Shown: one piece after another, positions 29,681 through 40,041 of the stretch
Position numbering within the stretch: position 1 is the stretch's first letter
Layout: each line of letters starts with the position of its first letter
Source of the DNA: an uncultured virus (IMG/VR IMGVR_UViG_2541047319_000002)
Taxonomy: Duplodnaviria > Heunggongvirae > Uroviricota > Caudoviricetes
Virus record (IMG/VR): IMGVR_UViG_2541047319_000002
DNA length: 64,000 nt
Reading direction: 5' to 3' (one strand)
Notes under the pieces: model-generated
Database searches by the model: none
Told to the model about the DNA's origin: nothing
What the model saw: only the letters and a program-made list of their open reading frames with translations
Program-made: the position numbers and the translations under genes

Positions 29681-30127
29681 ATGAAAATAAAGAAAATAAT
29701 TTTAGGATTAGATAACTTAGAGAATGTAGAGTTGGGTATTGGAGATGTAGGGGCTTTTTATTTAGATAATATACATGAAATTATTGGAGGATTTACTTTG
29801 AGTTATATAGGTAAATGCAAACAGGCAGATTATTTACATATACAAATACATAAACGTGTTGATGAAATTCAAAGATTGCATGATTATAAGGATATTACAA
29901 ATGTAAAGATAGAATACGAAGACGGAAGTGTGGAGGATATATATGTACCTTATAAACAAGAAGGGGATTTCTTGGGTTTAGATAATCTTTATCAAACTTC
30001 TTTTATTAGTAAACAAGGTTATTTACATATAGTTATCTCTAAGGATAAAACAGTAGAAGAAGTCTTCAATGAAGAATTTGAGGATGATGAAGGGGTAGAA
30101 TTTAGTTTTAATATGTATGGAATATAA
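29681..30127 (+). CDS. Hypothetical phage protein
   Basis: GGAGGAG RBS. Confidence 0.7.
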   Translation: MKIKKIILGLDNLENVELGIGDVGAFYLDNIHEIIGGFTLSYIGKCKQADYLHIQIHKRVDEIQRLHDYKDITNVKIEYEDGSVEDIYVPYKQEGDFLGLDNLYQTSFISKQGYLHIVISKDKTVEEVFNEEFEDDEGVEFSFNMYGI

Positions 30128-30287
30128 AACTTAAAATGGAAGGAGATGAGCAAATATAATTAACTCTTTTAAGAAATTAATAAAGTCAAAATATATAAAA
30201 AATAACGAATCAATAAAACCATTAGAAAGAATTTTTGAATATGAAATAAAAATCAAAGAAAAAAGAATATATTTTAATTTAGAATTA

Positions 30288-30569
30288 TTGATTTATGAAA
30301 AAAGAATTAAGATAATTAAAAAAATATTTTTAAAAGATATACTATGCCATTATCGAAGAGATATAGAACAACTCGTCATTTATGACCTGGATAAATATCT
30401 TAATATGACAGATAAAGAAATGGAGGAATATATTATAAATTTAATAAAAGATAAAATAAAAGAAGAGTATGGGGAGAATATACTTCCTGAAATACTAATG
30501 GAAAAATTTATAAAACTCGAAAGAAAAGGTTCGGTGACTGTAGACGTACGGGATTTAATAGAGGGATAA
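30288..30569 (+). CDS. Hypothetical protein (start uncertain)
   Basis: ORF track; no clear RBS. Confidence 0.45.
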   Translation: MIYEKRIKIIKKIFLKDILCHYRRDIEQLVIYDLDKYLNMTDKEMEEYIINLIKDKIKEEYGENILPEILMEKFIKLERKGSVTVDVRDLIEG

Positions 30570-30612
30570 TAAATAACAAGTTAAAATACAGGTTTTAAAA
30601 GGAGAATAATAA

Positions 30613-31866
30613 ATGGAAGTTCAAGGGAAATATAACAAAGCAAAAATATTTACAGATAATGTAGATAGTACAACAATAAGTCAAATAATAAATTTATGTA
30701 ATCAAAAGGAATTTAAAGAATCTAGTATAAGAATTATGCCTGATTGTCATGCTGGTAAAGGATGTACAATAGGAACGACAATGACTATAAGTAATAAAGT
30801 AGTGCCAAATCTGGTAGGGGTGGATATAGGTTGTGGAATGGCTACTATTCCATTAGAAAAATATATTAATAATATAAATTATACAAAATTAGATAAGATT
30901 ATAAGAGATTATATTCCTCATGGATTTAAAATACATAATAAGTCAAGAGAAAAACTATTAAAGAATTTATTTAATATAGACATAAATAATCTTAGATGCG
31001 AGGTGAATAAAAATAGAGCATATATGTCGTTAGGAACTTTAGGTGGAGGCAATCACTTTATAGAAGTTGATAAAAGTGAAAAAGGTCAAATGTATCTTAC
31101 TGTTCATACAGGTTCAAGAAATTTAGGAAAACAAATAGCTGATTATTACCAAGACAAAGCTATAAAATATTGTATTGAAAAATATAAAAAGTCATATGAT
31201 GATGCAAAAGAGTTTTTAATATCTACTCTAAAAAAAGACAATAAAGAACATTTGATAAATAAATATTTGAAAGACCTTAGTGATAGAAAATTGAATAAGC
31301 CACATGATGATTTATGTTATTTAGAAAATGATTTAATGGAAGATTATTTACATGATATGAGTATAGCTCAAAAATACGCTGCTGCAAATAGAATGGTTAT
31401 AATTGCGGATATATTGTTTAAATATAACAGCCTAGATGTAAATTATGACCATTTTATAAGAGATATTAAATGTGATGTTATAGAATGTATTCATAACTAT
31501 ATAGATATGGATAGTAAAATACTTAGAAAAGGAGCAATTTCTGCAAATAAAGATGAAACAGTAATAATTCCAGTAAACATGAGAGATGGGATTATATTAG
31601 GAAAAGGTAAAGGTAATTCTGAGTGGAATTATTCAGCACCACATGGAGCAGGAAGAATTTTATCAAGAGGAAAAGCTAAAGAAAAAATATCTTTAGATGA
31701 ATTTGAAGAATCTATGAAAGAAATATTTACAACTTGTGTAGGTCAATCAACACTAGATGAAGCACCACAAGCATACAAACCTATAGAGGACATATTAAAC
31801 AATATAGGAGATACTATTGAGATAATGGAGGTGTTAAAACCAGTTTATAATTTTAAAAGTAATTAA
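30613..31866 (+). CDS. rtcB: RtcB-family RNA ligase
   Basis: MPDCHAG, GVDIGCG, LGTLGGGNHF, HTGSR, HNY, SAPHGAGR, DEAPQAYK. Confidence 0.95.
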   Translation: MEVQGKYNKAKIFTDNVDSTTISQIINLCNQKEFKESSIRIMPDCHAGKGCTIGTTMTISNKVVPNLVGVDIGCGMATIPLEKYINNINYTKLDKIIRDYIPHGFKIHNKSREKLLKNLFNIDINNLRCEVNKNRAYMSLGTLGGGNHFIEVDKSEKGQMYLTVHTGSRNLGKQIADYYQDKAIKYCIEKYKKSYDDAKEFLISTLKKDNKEHLINKYLKDLSDRKLNKPHDDLCYLENDLMEDYLHDMSIAQKYAAANRMVIIADILFKYNSLDVNYDHFIRDIKCDVIECIHNYIDMDSKILRKGAISANKDETVIIPVNMRDGIILGKGKGNSEWNYSAPHGAGRILSRGKAKEKISLDEFEESMKEIFTTCVGQSTLDEAPQAYKPIEDILNNIGDTIEIMEVLKPVYNFKSN

Positions 31867-31905
31867 AATGAAAAATTTAATAGATGAATTTAGGAGGAAA
31901 TACTA

Positions 31906-32307
31906 ATGGGAATGTATACAGAATTTGTATGTGCGATTGAATTAAAAAAGGATACGCCAAAAGAAGTTATTAATATATTAAATAACATGATAGAAGGAGA
32001 AGATAGATATGATATTACACCACCTCACCCATTCTTTGAATGTCGTAGATGGAGATGGTTATTTATAATGGATAGTTATTCTTTCTCAGGTAGGAGCAAT
32101 ACGATGTTTGAGTATGACGATATAGCAAAAACATATTATTTAACTATTAGAAGTAACTTAAAAAATTATGATGATGAAATAAATAAATTTTTAAATTGGA
32201 TAAAACCATATATACAAATACATTGTGAAGACGATGAATTTTTAGGATATAGTCGATATGAAGAATGTCGTAATCCAGAATTAATTTATTATAATGAAAT
32301 ACAATAA
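31906..32307 (+). CDS. Hypothetical phage protein
   Basis: AGGAGG RBS; flanked by junction palindromes. Confidence 0.7.
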   Translation: MGMYTEFVCAIELKKDTPKEVINILNNMIEGEDRYDITPPHPFFECRRWRWLFIMDSYSFSGRSNTMFEYDDIAKTYYLTIRSNLKNYDDEINKFLNWIKPYIQIHCEDDEFLGYSRYEECRNPELIYYNEIQ

Positions 32308-32333
32308 AATCTTAATTTTAAATGGAGGTACAT

Positions 32334-32567
32334 ATGAAATTTGAAGATAACATGATTAAATCTTTTAGAGAGGTTAGAGTTGGAGACATTATACTTGCAG
32401 GTAATAACAAGTATTTAATAATATCAATATTAAATTATTTTGGATATGTGAACTTAGATACTGGTGATTGTAGTTCTGGCTTTAGATCAATTGAAGAATT
32501 AATGAAACAATTCGATAAACAAACACGATTTATTCAAAATGATAGATTTAAATTAATACTAGATTAA
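32334..32567 (+). CDS. Hypothetical protein
   Basis: GGAGG RBS directly after palindrome 32304. Confidence 0.65.
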   Translation: MKFEDNMIKSFREVRVGDIILAGNNKYLIISILNYFGYVNLDTGDCSSGFRSIEELMKQFDKQTRFIQNDRFKLILD

Positions 32568-32603
32568 TATAACATAAAATTTTATTTTTATAAGAAAGGT
32601 AAA

Positions 32604-33020
32604 TTGAATATGTGTAAGTTTTGTGAAAGTATAATTGATAATACAAAAGATATACTTTTAACCTCAAGAAGTAGATTATTAGAAGACAATACATGTGAAA
32701 TTATAGCAGAAGATAATTGTAATAATTGTTATGATGGATGTTATGAATATTTCAAACTAAACGGATATAAAATCAGGGGAAATACATATGTTAATGTCGA
32801 CTACTACAAAAAAATTAGAAAAATAATAATTGCTCCATGTTCAGAATCAGTACATATAAACTATTGTCCATATTGTGGTAAACAAGTTTCTAAAGATATA
32901 AAAGATTTTAATTGTATTCCTGAGCATATAGTAGATGTTAGATATAAAAATGGTGATGTATATGATTATGATATGGAAAAGTCTGTACAAGAAGTCATGG
33001 ATAATGCAAATAATAATTAA
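32604..33020 (+). CDS. Hypothetical Zn-ribbon phage protein
   Basis: MCKFC...INYCPYCGKQ. Confidence 0.7.
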   Translation: MNMCKFCESIIDNTKDILLTSRSRLLEDNTCEIIAEDNCNNCYDGCYEYFKLNGYKIRGNTYVNVDYYKKIRKIIIAPCSESVHINYCPYCGKQVSKDIKDFNCIPEHIVDVRYKNGDVYDYDMEKSVQEVMDNANNN

Positions 33021-33050
33021 ATAAAATGATACTTTTAATAGGGGATAAAT

Positions 33051-33318
33051 ATGAATCTTTGGTCTAAAATTGAAGAACCAGTGATGAGAGCAGTAAGTGG
33101 AATAGTATTTAATATATGGGGAAATGTTTGTTTTTCCATATATTACATAGAAGAAAATAAACAAATAGAGTTAGAAATATATGATAGACCTTATAGATAT
33201 GAAGGTAAAAAAAATAGTTGTTGAGAAGTTATTTGATTACAAGTTAATAAATGCAGATTATAAAGAAATACATGATATTGTTTCTATGATAGAAAGATTT
33301 TTACTAGAAAATTATTAA
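33051..33318 (+). pseudogene. Hypothetical gene frameshifted in an A8 run (33207-33214)
   Basis: Removing one A restores an open frame to TAA at 33316-33318. Confidence 0.6.
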
Positions 33319-33460
33319 AAGGAGATATTTAAAATGAATAAAGGAATTAAAAACTATATAACAGCAGTGAATTACTTACTTGATAATTTAGAGTATATGA
33401 TGGAGGATGACGAATTTAATAATGAAAAGTTACAGAAAAGAATTGATGTAATTAGAAAAT

Positions 33461-33784
33461 TTGAAAGAGAATTATAAGATGGGAAAAATAAAAAATGGAG
33501 AAATAGATACTGAAGATTATAGGCTTTTTAAAAACATTCAAAAAGAAAAAGATAGAGTATATAGTAAGTACATTAATGAAGAATACATAATGGAAGAATT
33601 CATAAACTACTTAAGATTGGAAGATAAAGATTATACTACAGAAATATTAGAAAGATATGCACGATATATTGATGAAAATTTAGACAATCGTTGTCCATAT
33701 TGTGTATATAATATTTGTAGTGAACATGATAATTGTTTTGATGGAATACTTGAAAATTTAAAAGAAAAAATTAAAATAAAATAA
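33461..33784 (+). CDS. Hypothetical protein (start possibly 33479)
   Basis: ORF; CPYC. Confidence 0.6.
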   Translation: MKENYKMGKIKNGEIDTEDYRLFKNIQKEKDRVYSKYINEEYIMEEFINYLRLEDKDYTTEILERYARYIDENLDNRCPYCVYNICSEHDNCFDGILENLKEKIKIK

Positions 33785-33809
33785 ATATTTTAACAGGAGA
33801 AAAATAATT

Positions 33810-34163
33810 ATGAAATTAATAAATGGGGATAGATGTAGTGGAAAAACTACTACATTAATAAAGTATGCTTATGAAAATAATGCACTTATATTATGTTATT
33901 CGTGTGGAAATTTGAACTATATAATTGAAAAAGCAAAGGAATTGAAACTAGATATAATTATACCAAGAGTATTTAAAACTTATATAGAGTCTAATCATAA
34001 AATAGAATATATGAAAACTATAAATGGAAATATTATCAACGATACTTCTAATATAAGATTAGTTATAGATGAAATAGATTGTTGTTTGGAATCTATTATT
34101 AGAGAAGGTATAGATTGCGTCACTGGAACAATTCAAATAGAAAATTTAAATAATCATATCTAA
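33810..34163 (+). CDS. Small P-loop NTPase-like protein
   Basis: GDRCSGKTT Walker A; LVIDEID Walker B. Confidence 0.65.
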   Translation: MKLINGDRCSGKTTTLIKYAYENNALILCYSCGNLNYIIEKAKELKLDIIIPRVFKTYIESNHKIEYMKTINGNIINDTSNIRLVIDEIDCCLESIIREGIDCVTGTIQIENLNNHI

Positions 34164-34242
34164 TAAATTTGTTTATTACATATCAAAAAATTCTAAGTGT
34201 TCTTATTTACAATTCAATTAAAACTAAAGGAGTGAAATTATA

Positions 34243-34527
34243 TTGAAAAAAATTTTATTAATAGGTGCATTAGGAACAATGTTAATAGGAATGTCTGGAT
34301 GTACAGGAATACAAAGCTCAATGAAAGATGCTGAAAGTGATGTATCAGGTCTTAATAGAGTTGTAAATGTATATTCAGATAATGGCGAGGTATTAAAAAC
34401 ATATACAAGTAAAAGTATGAGAGTCAAAGATGGAGATGGTGGCACTATAACACTAGATTTTGATGGTAAGAGGGTGATTATATGTAATGCTCATGTAGTA
34501 ATAGAAGAAAATCAATCTAACAAATAA
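34243..34527 (+). CDS. Putative lipoprotein
   Basis: Signal peptide with lipobox MSGC. Confidence 0.75.
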   Translation: MKKILLIGALGTMLIGMSGCTGIQSSMKDAESDVSGLNRVVNVYSDNGEVLKTYTSKSMRVKDGDGGTITLDFDGKRVIICNAHVVIEENQSNK

Positions 34528-35075
34528 AGGAGAACTAAATGTTTAAAGTCTTAAAAACAATTCTTATAATAATTTGGGTAGTAGATATTTTAAACTTCCC
34601 ACAATTTCAATTCTTAGATACAACATATCCAATCAATACCTTAGCATGGTTGCTAATCTGGATTCTTATACCATCAAGTAGTATATATATTGATAAAAAA
34701 GAATAAAGAAGGGAGTATTAGTTTGATTTTAAATATTGGTGCAATTTTTAATTTATGGTGTATGTTAGCTAATTATTTATGGGGAAGTACTAGTGGAATG
34801 ATACTTAATGGATTTTGTCTTATAGCATTACTATTATTGGATAATAACTTAGATTAAAAGTATTATTTTAAGGAGATTAAAAGATGAAAATAACAATATC
34901 AATTGAAGAAGCAATGGATATTATTAAACAACACTATGAGAATAAAGGAATTGAAATCAAAGACTTAAGTTTTAATTTAGAAAAAACTGGAATGGTTAGA
35001 AATATTAAATTTAAGGGAGAAATAATACTTAAGTAGGAGATATTTATATTTGTTAAAAAAAAGGGGAAGATATTT

Positions 35076-35669
35076 ATAAGTAGTACAAATAGAAGTGATG
35101 CTAGAAGTTTCCATATAAGTGATTATTATAGAACTCCAATTACTAAAATCAAAGAGTTTTTAACTGAGTTCAGTAGATATGAAAATATACTCAATTTAAA
35201 TATAAAAATATTAGACCCATGTGCAGGTGGAGATAATACAAATCCAATGAGCTATCCAACTGCAATCCAAGAATTTTCAAATCAAGAAATTTCAATAGAT
35301 ACAGTAGATATAAGAGATGATTCAAGAGCAAATATAAAGCAAGATTATTTAAAGTTTCAGCCAAAAGAAAAATACGATGTAATTATTACTAATCCTCCCT
35401 TTAATTTAAGCTTGGATATAATTAATAAAGCTTTAAATGATGTAAGAGAAGGTGGTTTCGTTATTATGCTGCTAAGATTAAATTATCTTGGAGGAAAAGT
35501 AAGACAAAGACTGTGGGGAAATAATATGCCTAAATACATATTTGTTCACAACAAAAGAATGAGTTTTACAGATGATAAAAAGACAGATAGCATAGAATAT
35601 GCTCATTTTGTATGGCAGAAGGGGTATAATCCAAAATTTTCTCAGTTAAAAGTATTAATAAGTCAATGA
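35076..35669 (+). CDS. DNA N6-adenine methyltransferase (NPPF type) with apparent ATA start
   Basis: Frame open from ATA 35076 after AAGGGGAAG RBS: SSTNRS...DYYRTP...ILDPCAGG...IITNPPF. Confidence 0.8.
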   Translation: MSSTNRSDARSFHISDYYRTPITKIKEFLTEFSRYENILNLNIKILDPCAGGDNTNPMSYPTAIQEFSNQEISIDTVDIRDDSRANIKQDYLKFQPKEKYDVIITNPPFNLSLDIINKALNDVREGGFVIMLLRLNYLGGKVRQRLWGNNMPKYIFVHNKRMSFTDDKKTDSIEYAHFVWQKGYNPKFSQLKVLISQ

Positions 35670-35683
35670 AATAGAGGTGTAAA

Positions 35684-35893
35684 GTGAAAGTTAAATACGT
35701 TGTATTTGAATGGGAGATTACATCAAAAAATGATGGCCAAAAACATTTTATAAATTTTAGAGATTTAATTAAATTATATGGAGTGCCGCTAAGAGAATGT
35801 ATAAGAGCAAAGGATTATTACGAGAGAGATGGTTTAGACCTTAAAGATATAAAATTTCTATATCCAAGGGATGATGGAAAATATAAACTATAA
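35684..35893 (+). CDS. Hypothetical protein
   Basis: GAGGTG RBS. Confidence 0.65.
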   Translation: MKVKYVVFEWEITSKNDGQKHFINFRDLIKLYGVPLRECIRAKDYYERDGLDLKDIKFLYPRDDGKYKL

Positions 35894-35947
35894 AATCATG
35901 GTTTTAAATGATTATAAAATGTCAGTTTTAAAGGGGGCTAATCATAT

Positions 35948-36193
35948 ATGGATATTAAGATAGATATGTGTTTATTAGAGATGGAAATAAATAGAAGAAG
36001 ATGTGAGTATGCTGCCAGAACAGGAAGATATCCTAATTCTCTTATTTTGTGGGAAGGTTACTATAGCCTTCTTAATATCCAATATATAGAGGATAAAACA
36101 AGAGGATATATTACTAAATTTAATGACATGGATGTTATAAAATGTAATGACTTTTTAAAAATAGAATTATTTGAAAAGAATATTAATAATTAA
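35948..36193 (+). CDS. Hypothetical protein bounded by junction palindromes
   Basis: Sites at 35914 and 36190. Confidence 0.6.
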   Translation: MDIKIDMCLLEMEINRRRCEYAARTGRYPNSLILWEGYYSLLNIQYIEDKTRGYITKFNDMDVIKCNDFLKIELFEKNINN

Positions 36194-36221
36194 AATTTGT
36201 TTTTTAAGTTGAGGTGATGAG

Positions 36222-39200
36222 TTGAGATATAATAATTATCATAGTCATAAAATTTATTCAAATATAAGGTCGTTAGATGTAATTACTAAACCACAACAAT
36301 ATATAGATAGAGCAATAAAACTAGGTCAAAATACATATTTTACGACAGAACATGGATATCAAGGAAATGTATATGAGGCAAAAACTTTATGTGATGAATA
36401 TAAATTAAAAATGATTATTGGAGCAGAATTTTACTATGTAAATGATATAAATGAGAAAGATAGAGGAAATTATCATTTAATAGTAATCGCTAAAAATAAT
36501 GATGGTTACAAGCAAATAAATAAAGCTTTAAGTTTAGCTAATAAAAATGGATATTACTATAAACCAAGAATAGATGAAAAAATATTATTTGAGATATTTA
36601 AACCAGGGGATGTAGTTATTACTACTGCATGTGTAGCTGGAATATTAAAACTTGAGAATAGAGAAGAATTAATACTAAAACTAAAGAATTATTTTAAAAA
36701 TAATTTCTTTCTTGAAGTACAATCTCATCCTCATAAAACTCAAGCTTTGCACAATAAGGATGTTTTAGAATTAAGCAACAAATATAATATAGATATAATA
36801 CACGCCAATGACAGTCATTATATTTATCCAGAAGAATCAAAATATAGAACTAAATTTCTTAAAGCTAAAGGTATAAATTATCCTGAAGAAGACGGTTTTA
36901 TTTTAGATTATCCAAATTCAGAGGATATATTTAAAAGATATGAAAAACAAAATGTATTAACAAAGCAAGAAGTTGAAAGAGCATTAAAAAATACTCTAAT
37001 ATTTGATGAGTGTGAAGAAATCACCTTAATAAATGATGATATAAAATTACCATCAATATCTAAAAATCCAAATAAAGAACTGAAAGAAATATTAAATAAA
37101 GAATGGTTAGAGAAAAGAAAAAATATCCCTAAAAATAGATGGAATGAATACTTAGATGCTATAAGGTATGATTTGATATTATAGAGAAAACTCATATGGA
37201 GGATTACTTTATTATAGATTATAAAATAGTTCAAAGAGCAAAACAAGAATATAATGGTCTTCTTACTAAAACAGGGAGAGGTTCAGCACCTTCATTTATA
37301 ATAACTAATCTTTTAGGGCTTACTGAAATAGATAGATTAAATGCTCCGGTACCATTATTCCCTACTAGATTTATGAGTGTTGAAAGAATACTATCAGCAA
37401 AATCTTTGCCAGATATAGATTTAAATGCTGAAGATGCTGAACCATTTATACAAGCAACTAGAGATTTATTAGGAGAAGAAAATTGTGCATGGATGATAAG
37501 TTATAAGCCATTACAAGATGCTTCAGCTTTTAGGCTATGGTGTAAAGCAAATGATATGAAACTATCTGAGTATGATGAAGTAGCTAAAAACTTAGATAAA
37601 TACACAAATGATGTTTTTTGGAAAGATGTAATAAAGGAATCAAAGGTATTTGTAGGAGTAGTAGAAAGTGTTTCTTTCTCACCATGCTCTATGCTTATAT
37701 ATGATAGACCAATTGATGAAGAAGTAGGATTATTAAAAACTAAGGATGGGGTATGTTGTAATATAGATGGATATTATTGTGATAAGTATAAATATTTAAA
37801 AAATGATTATTTAACAGTGAAAGTATGGTCATTAATAAGAAAAACTTGTGAATTAGCAAATATTAGTATTCCTACAATTGAAGAACTAAACATCTTATTA
37901 GATGCTAAAACCTATGATATATATAAGGACAAATTAACTTGCACTATAAATCAGGTAGATTCAGACTATGCTACAAACCTGGCATCTAAATACAAAATAT
38001 CTAGTGTGGCGGAAACAAGTGCATTTGTAGCTAGTATCAGACCAGGATTTGCATCTTTATTAGACAATTTTATTAACAGAGAGTCATATACAACTAACGT
38101 TAAAGAACTAGATATATTATTAGAAGATAGTTATCATTATCTTATGTATCAAGAATCAATAATGAAATATTTAATATGGTTAGGAATAGAGGAATCTGAG
38201 AGTTATGATATTATAAATAAGATTAAAAAAAAGAGATTTAAGGAAAAAGAGTTGAAAGAATTTCATATCAAACTAAAAAATAACTGGATTAAAAAAGTCG
38301 GAACTGAAAATAATTTTGAAGATACATGGCAAGTTGTAAACGATGCTGCCTCATATTCCTTTAATGCTTCACATAGTCTTTCATATGCATATGACAGCTT
38401 ATACTGTGCATACCTTAAGTCACATTATCCATTGGAATATTATACTGTAGCATTCAATTTATATAATGAAGATACAGAGAGAACAAGAAAATTAACAGAT
38501 GAAATAGAGTATTTTAGTATTAAATTAGAAAATCCTAAATTTAGATTTTCAAAATCTGAATACTTCTTTAATAGAGACACAAATAGTATTTACAAGGGCA
38601 TTGAATCTATTAAATTTTTAAATTCTGATATAGGAGAGTATCTATATTCTCTTAAAGATAATAAATATGATTCATTTTTAGAGCTATTAATAGATTTGCA
38701 GGGGCATATAAACTCTAAACAATTATCTATACTGATTAAGCTAGATTTCTTTGAGGAATTTGGAAAGTCCAACAAACTTTTAGAGACTTATGATATCTAT
38801 AACTCAATCTATAGTAAAAAACAATTTAAAAGAGATAATTTACCATGCAATATAAATACCATGAGAAAATACTCTAATAAAGAAACAGAAAAAATATTTA
38901 AAGAAGTTGATACAAAAGAATTATGTTCTTATCTTGAAAGTCAAATTGAAAATACAGATATACCAACCAATGAAAAAATACAAGCTCATTTTGAGTTTGT
39001 GGGTTCATGTAACATAAAAGATAGCAATTCAAATCCAAGGTATTGTTTAGTAATAGATATAGATACTAAATATTCTCCTAAAGTCACATTGTATAATATA
39101 AGTTCAGGAAATATAAAGATTTTCAAAGTAAGTAAACCTATTTTTGAGGATAATAAAATTGATGTTTATGATTTAGTTTATTTAAAATCAATTAAAGAAA

Positions 39201-39292
39201 AAGCTAAAAGTAAAAAAGTAGATGGAAAATGGATTAGGAGCAATACAGAAACAGAATGGTGGATACAAGAATATTGGAAAATAGAAAATTAA
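36222..39292 (+). pseudogene. dnaE: DNA polymerase III alpha subunit (DnaE/SPbeta YorL-like), split by a 1-nt frameshift at ~37171
   Basis: PHP motifs HSH, TEHG, ANDSHY in 36222-37184; GRGSA, LPDIDLN, YQE, YSFNASH in 37196-39292; one extra base gives RYEFDIIEKTHMEDYF. Confidence 0.9.
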
Positions 39293-39297
39293 GAATA

Positions 39298-39388
39298 TGA
39301 CCTCGTATATGCGTTTCTAAGACTTTACATAAGAGTCTGCTTGTGTTTATTACATTGATTTCTTAAAATGGCATATACGAAGTTCGTG
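39298..39388. repeat. Copy 2 of 29-bp element plus inverted partner (imperfect palindrome)
   Basis: TGACCTCGTATATGCGTTTCTAAGACTTT ... TCTTAAAATGGCATATACGAAG. Confidence 0.65.
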
Positions 39389-39395
39389 AAAGGTA

Positions 39396-39647
39396 GTGAT
39401 TTCAATACTTATAGATGAACAAAGATATTATAGCTTATTGGAAGAAAAAAAAGACCTAAGTATGAGAATCGATGAATTAAAAGAGGAAAATGCTTTTTTA
39501 AAACAAGAAAATGAAGAGTATGAAGAAATTCTTAATGAGTGGGAATGTGTAAGAAAAGAAATTGTAGCAACTTGTAAAAAAAAAGAAATATTAGGTGAAA
39601 AACCAAGTGAATTAGAAATGGTTCTTCAAAAAATAGAGGATATATAA
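39396..39647 (+). CDS. Hypothetical coiled-coil protein
   Basis: ORF. Confidence 0.55.
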   Translation: MISILIDEQRYYSLLEEKKDLSMRIDELKEENAFLKQENEEYEEILNEWECVRKEIVATCKKKEILGEKPSELEMVLQKIEDI

Positions 39648-39967
39648 TGAGTGTAAATAAAATTTATGAGAAAAAAGAATACATTATTATCAAATCAAAA
39701 TCTGGATATATAGTTTATAATACAAATAAAGAGTTTAAAGAAGGCCACACTCACTTAAAAAGTTATAATGCTGCTAAAACAGCTATAGATTTAGTTATTA
39801 AGAGAAGGCTTCCTAAAAGTTATTCTATTTATTTTCTTACAAGTTTGATGAGAATATCTAATGATGTACAATATATAAAACATATAAGCGATATTGTATA
39901 TATAAGAAATAATAAAGGACTAAAAGAAAAATATATAAATTCTAAAAATATTAAAAAAAACTATTGA
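39647..39967 (+). CDS. Hypothetical phage protein
   Basis: GYIVYNTNKEFKEGHTHL; translationally coupled. Confidence 0.7.
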   Translation: MSVNKIYEKKEYIIIKSKSGYIVYNTNKEFKEGHTHLKSYNAAKTAIDLVIKRRLPKSYSIYFLTSLMRISNDVQYIKHISDIVYIRNNKGLKEKYINSKNIKKNY

Positions 39968-40018
39968 GAACATAGAAGGTATATGATATACTATGAATAT
40001 AACAAGAACATAGAAGGT
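39955..40018 (+). promoter_or_regulatory. SigA promoter with duplicated AGAACATAGAAGG boxes
   Basis: TTGAGA 39964, 17 bp, TGnTATACT 39987; matches promoter at 21365. Confidence 0.75.
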
Positions 40019-40041
40019 AAAAAGGAGGTAGTGATTAATAT

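Noticed and set aside
37184..37196. Intein or intron splitting dnaE
   Set aside because: The gap is only 11 bp, there are no intein terminal motifs or intron sequence, and a single-base indel explains it.
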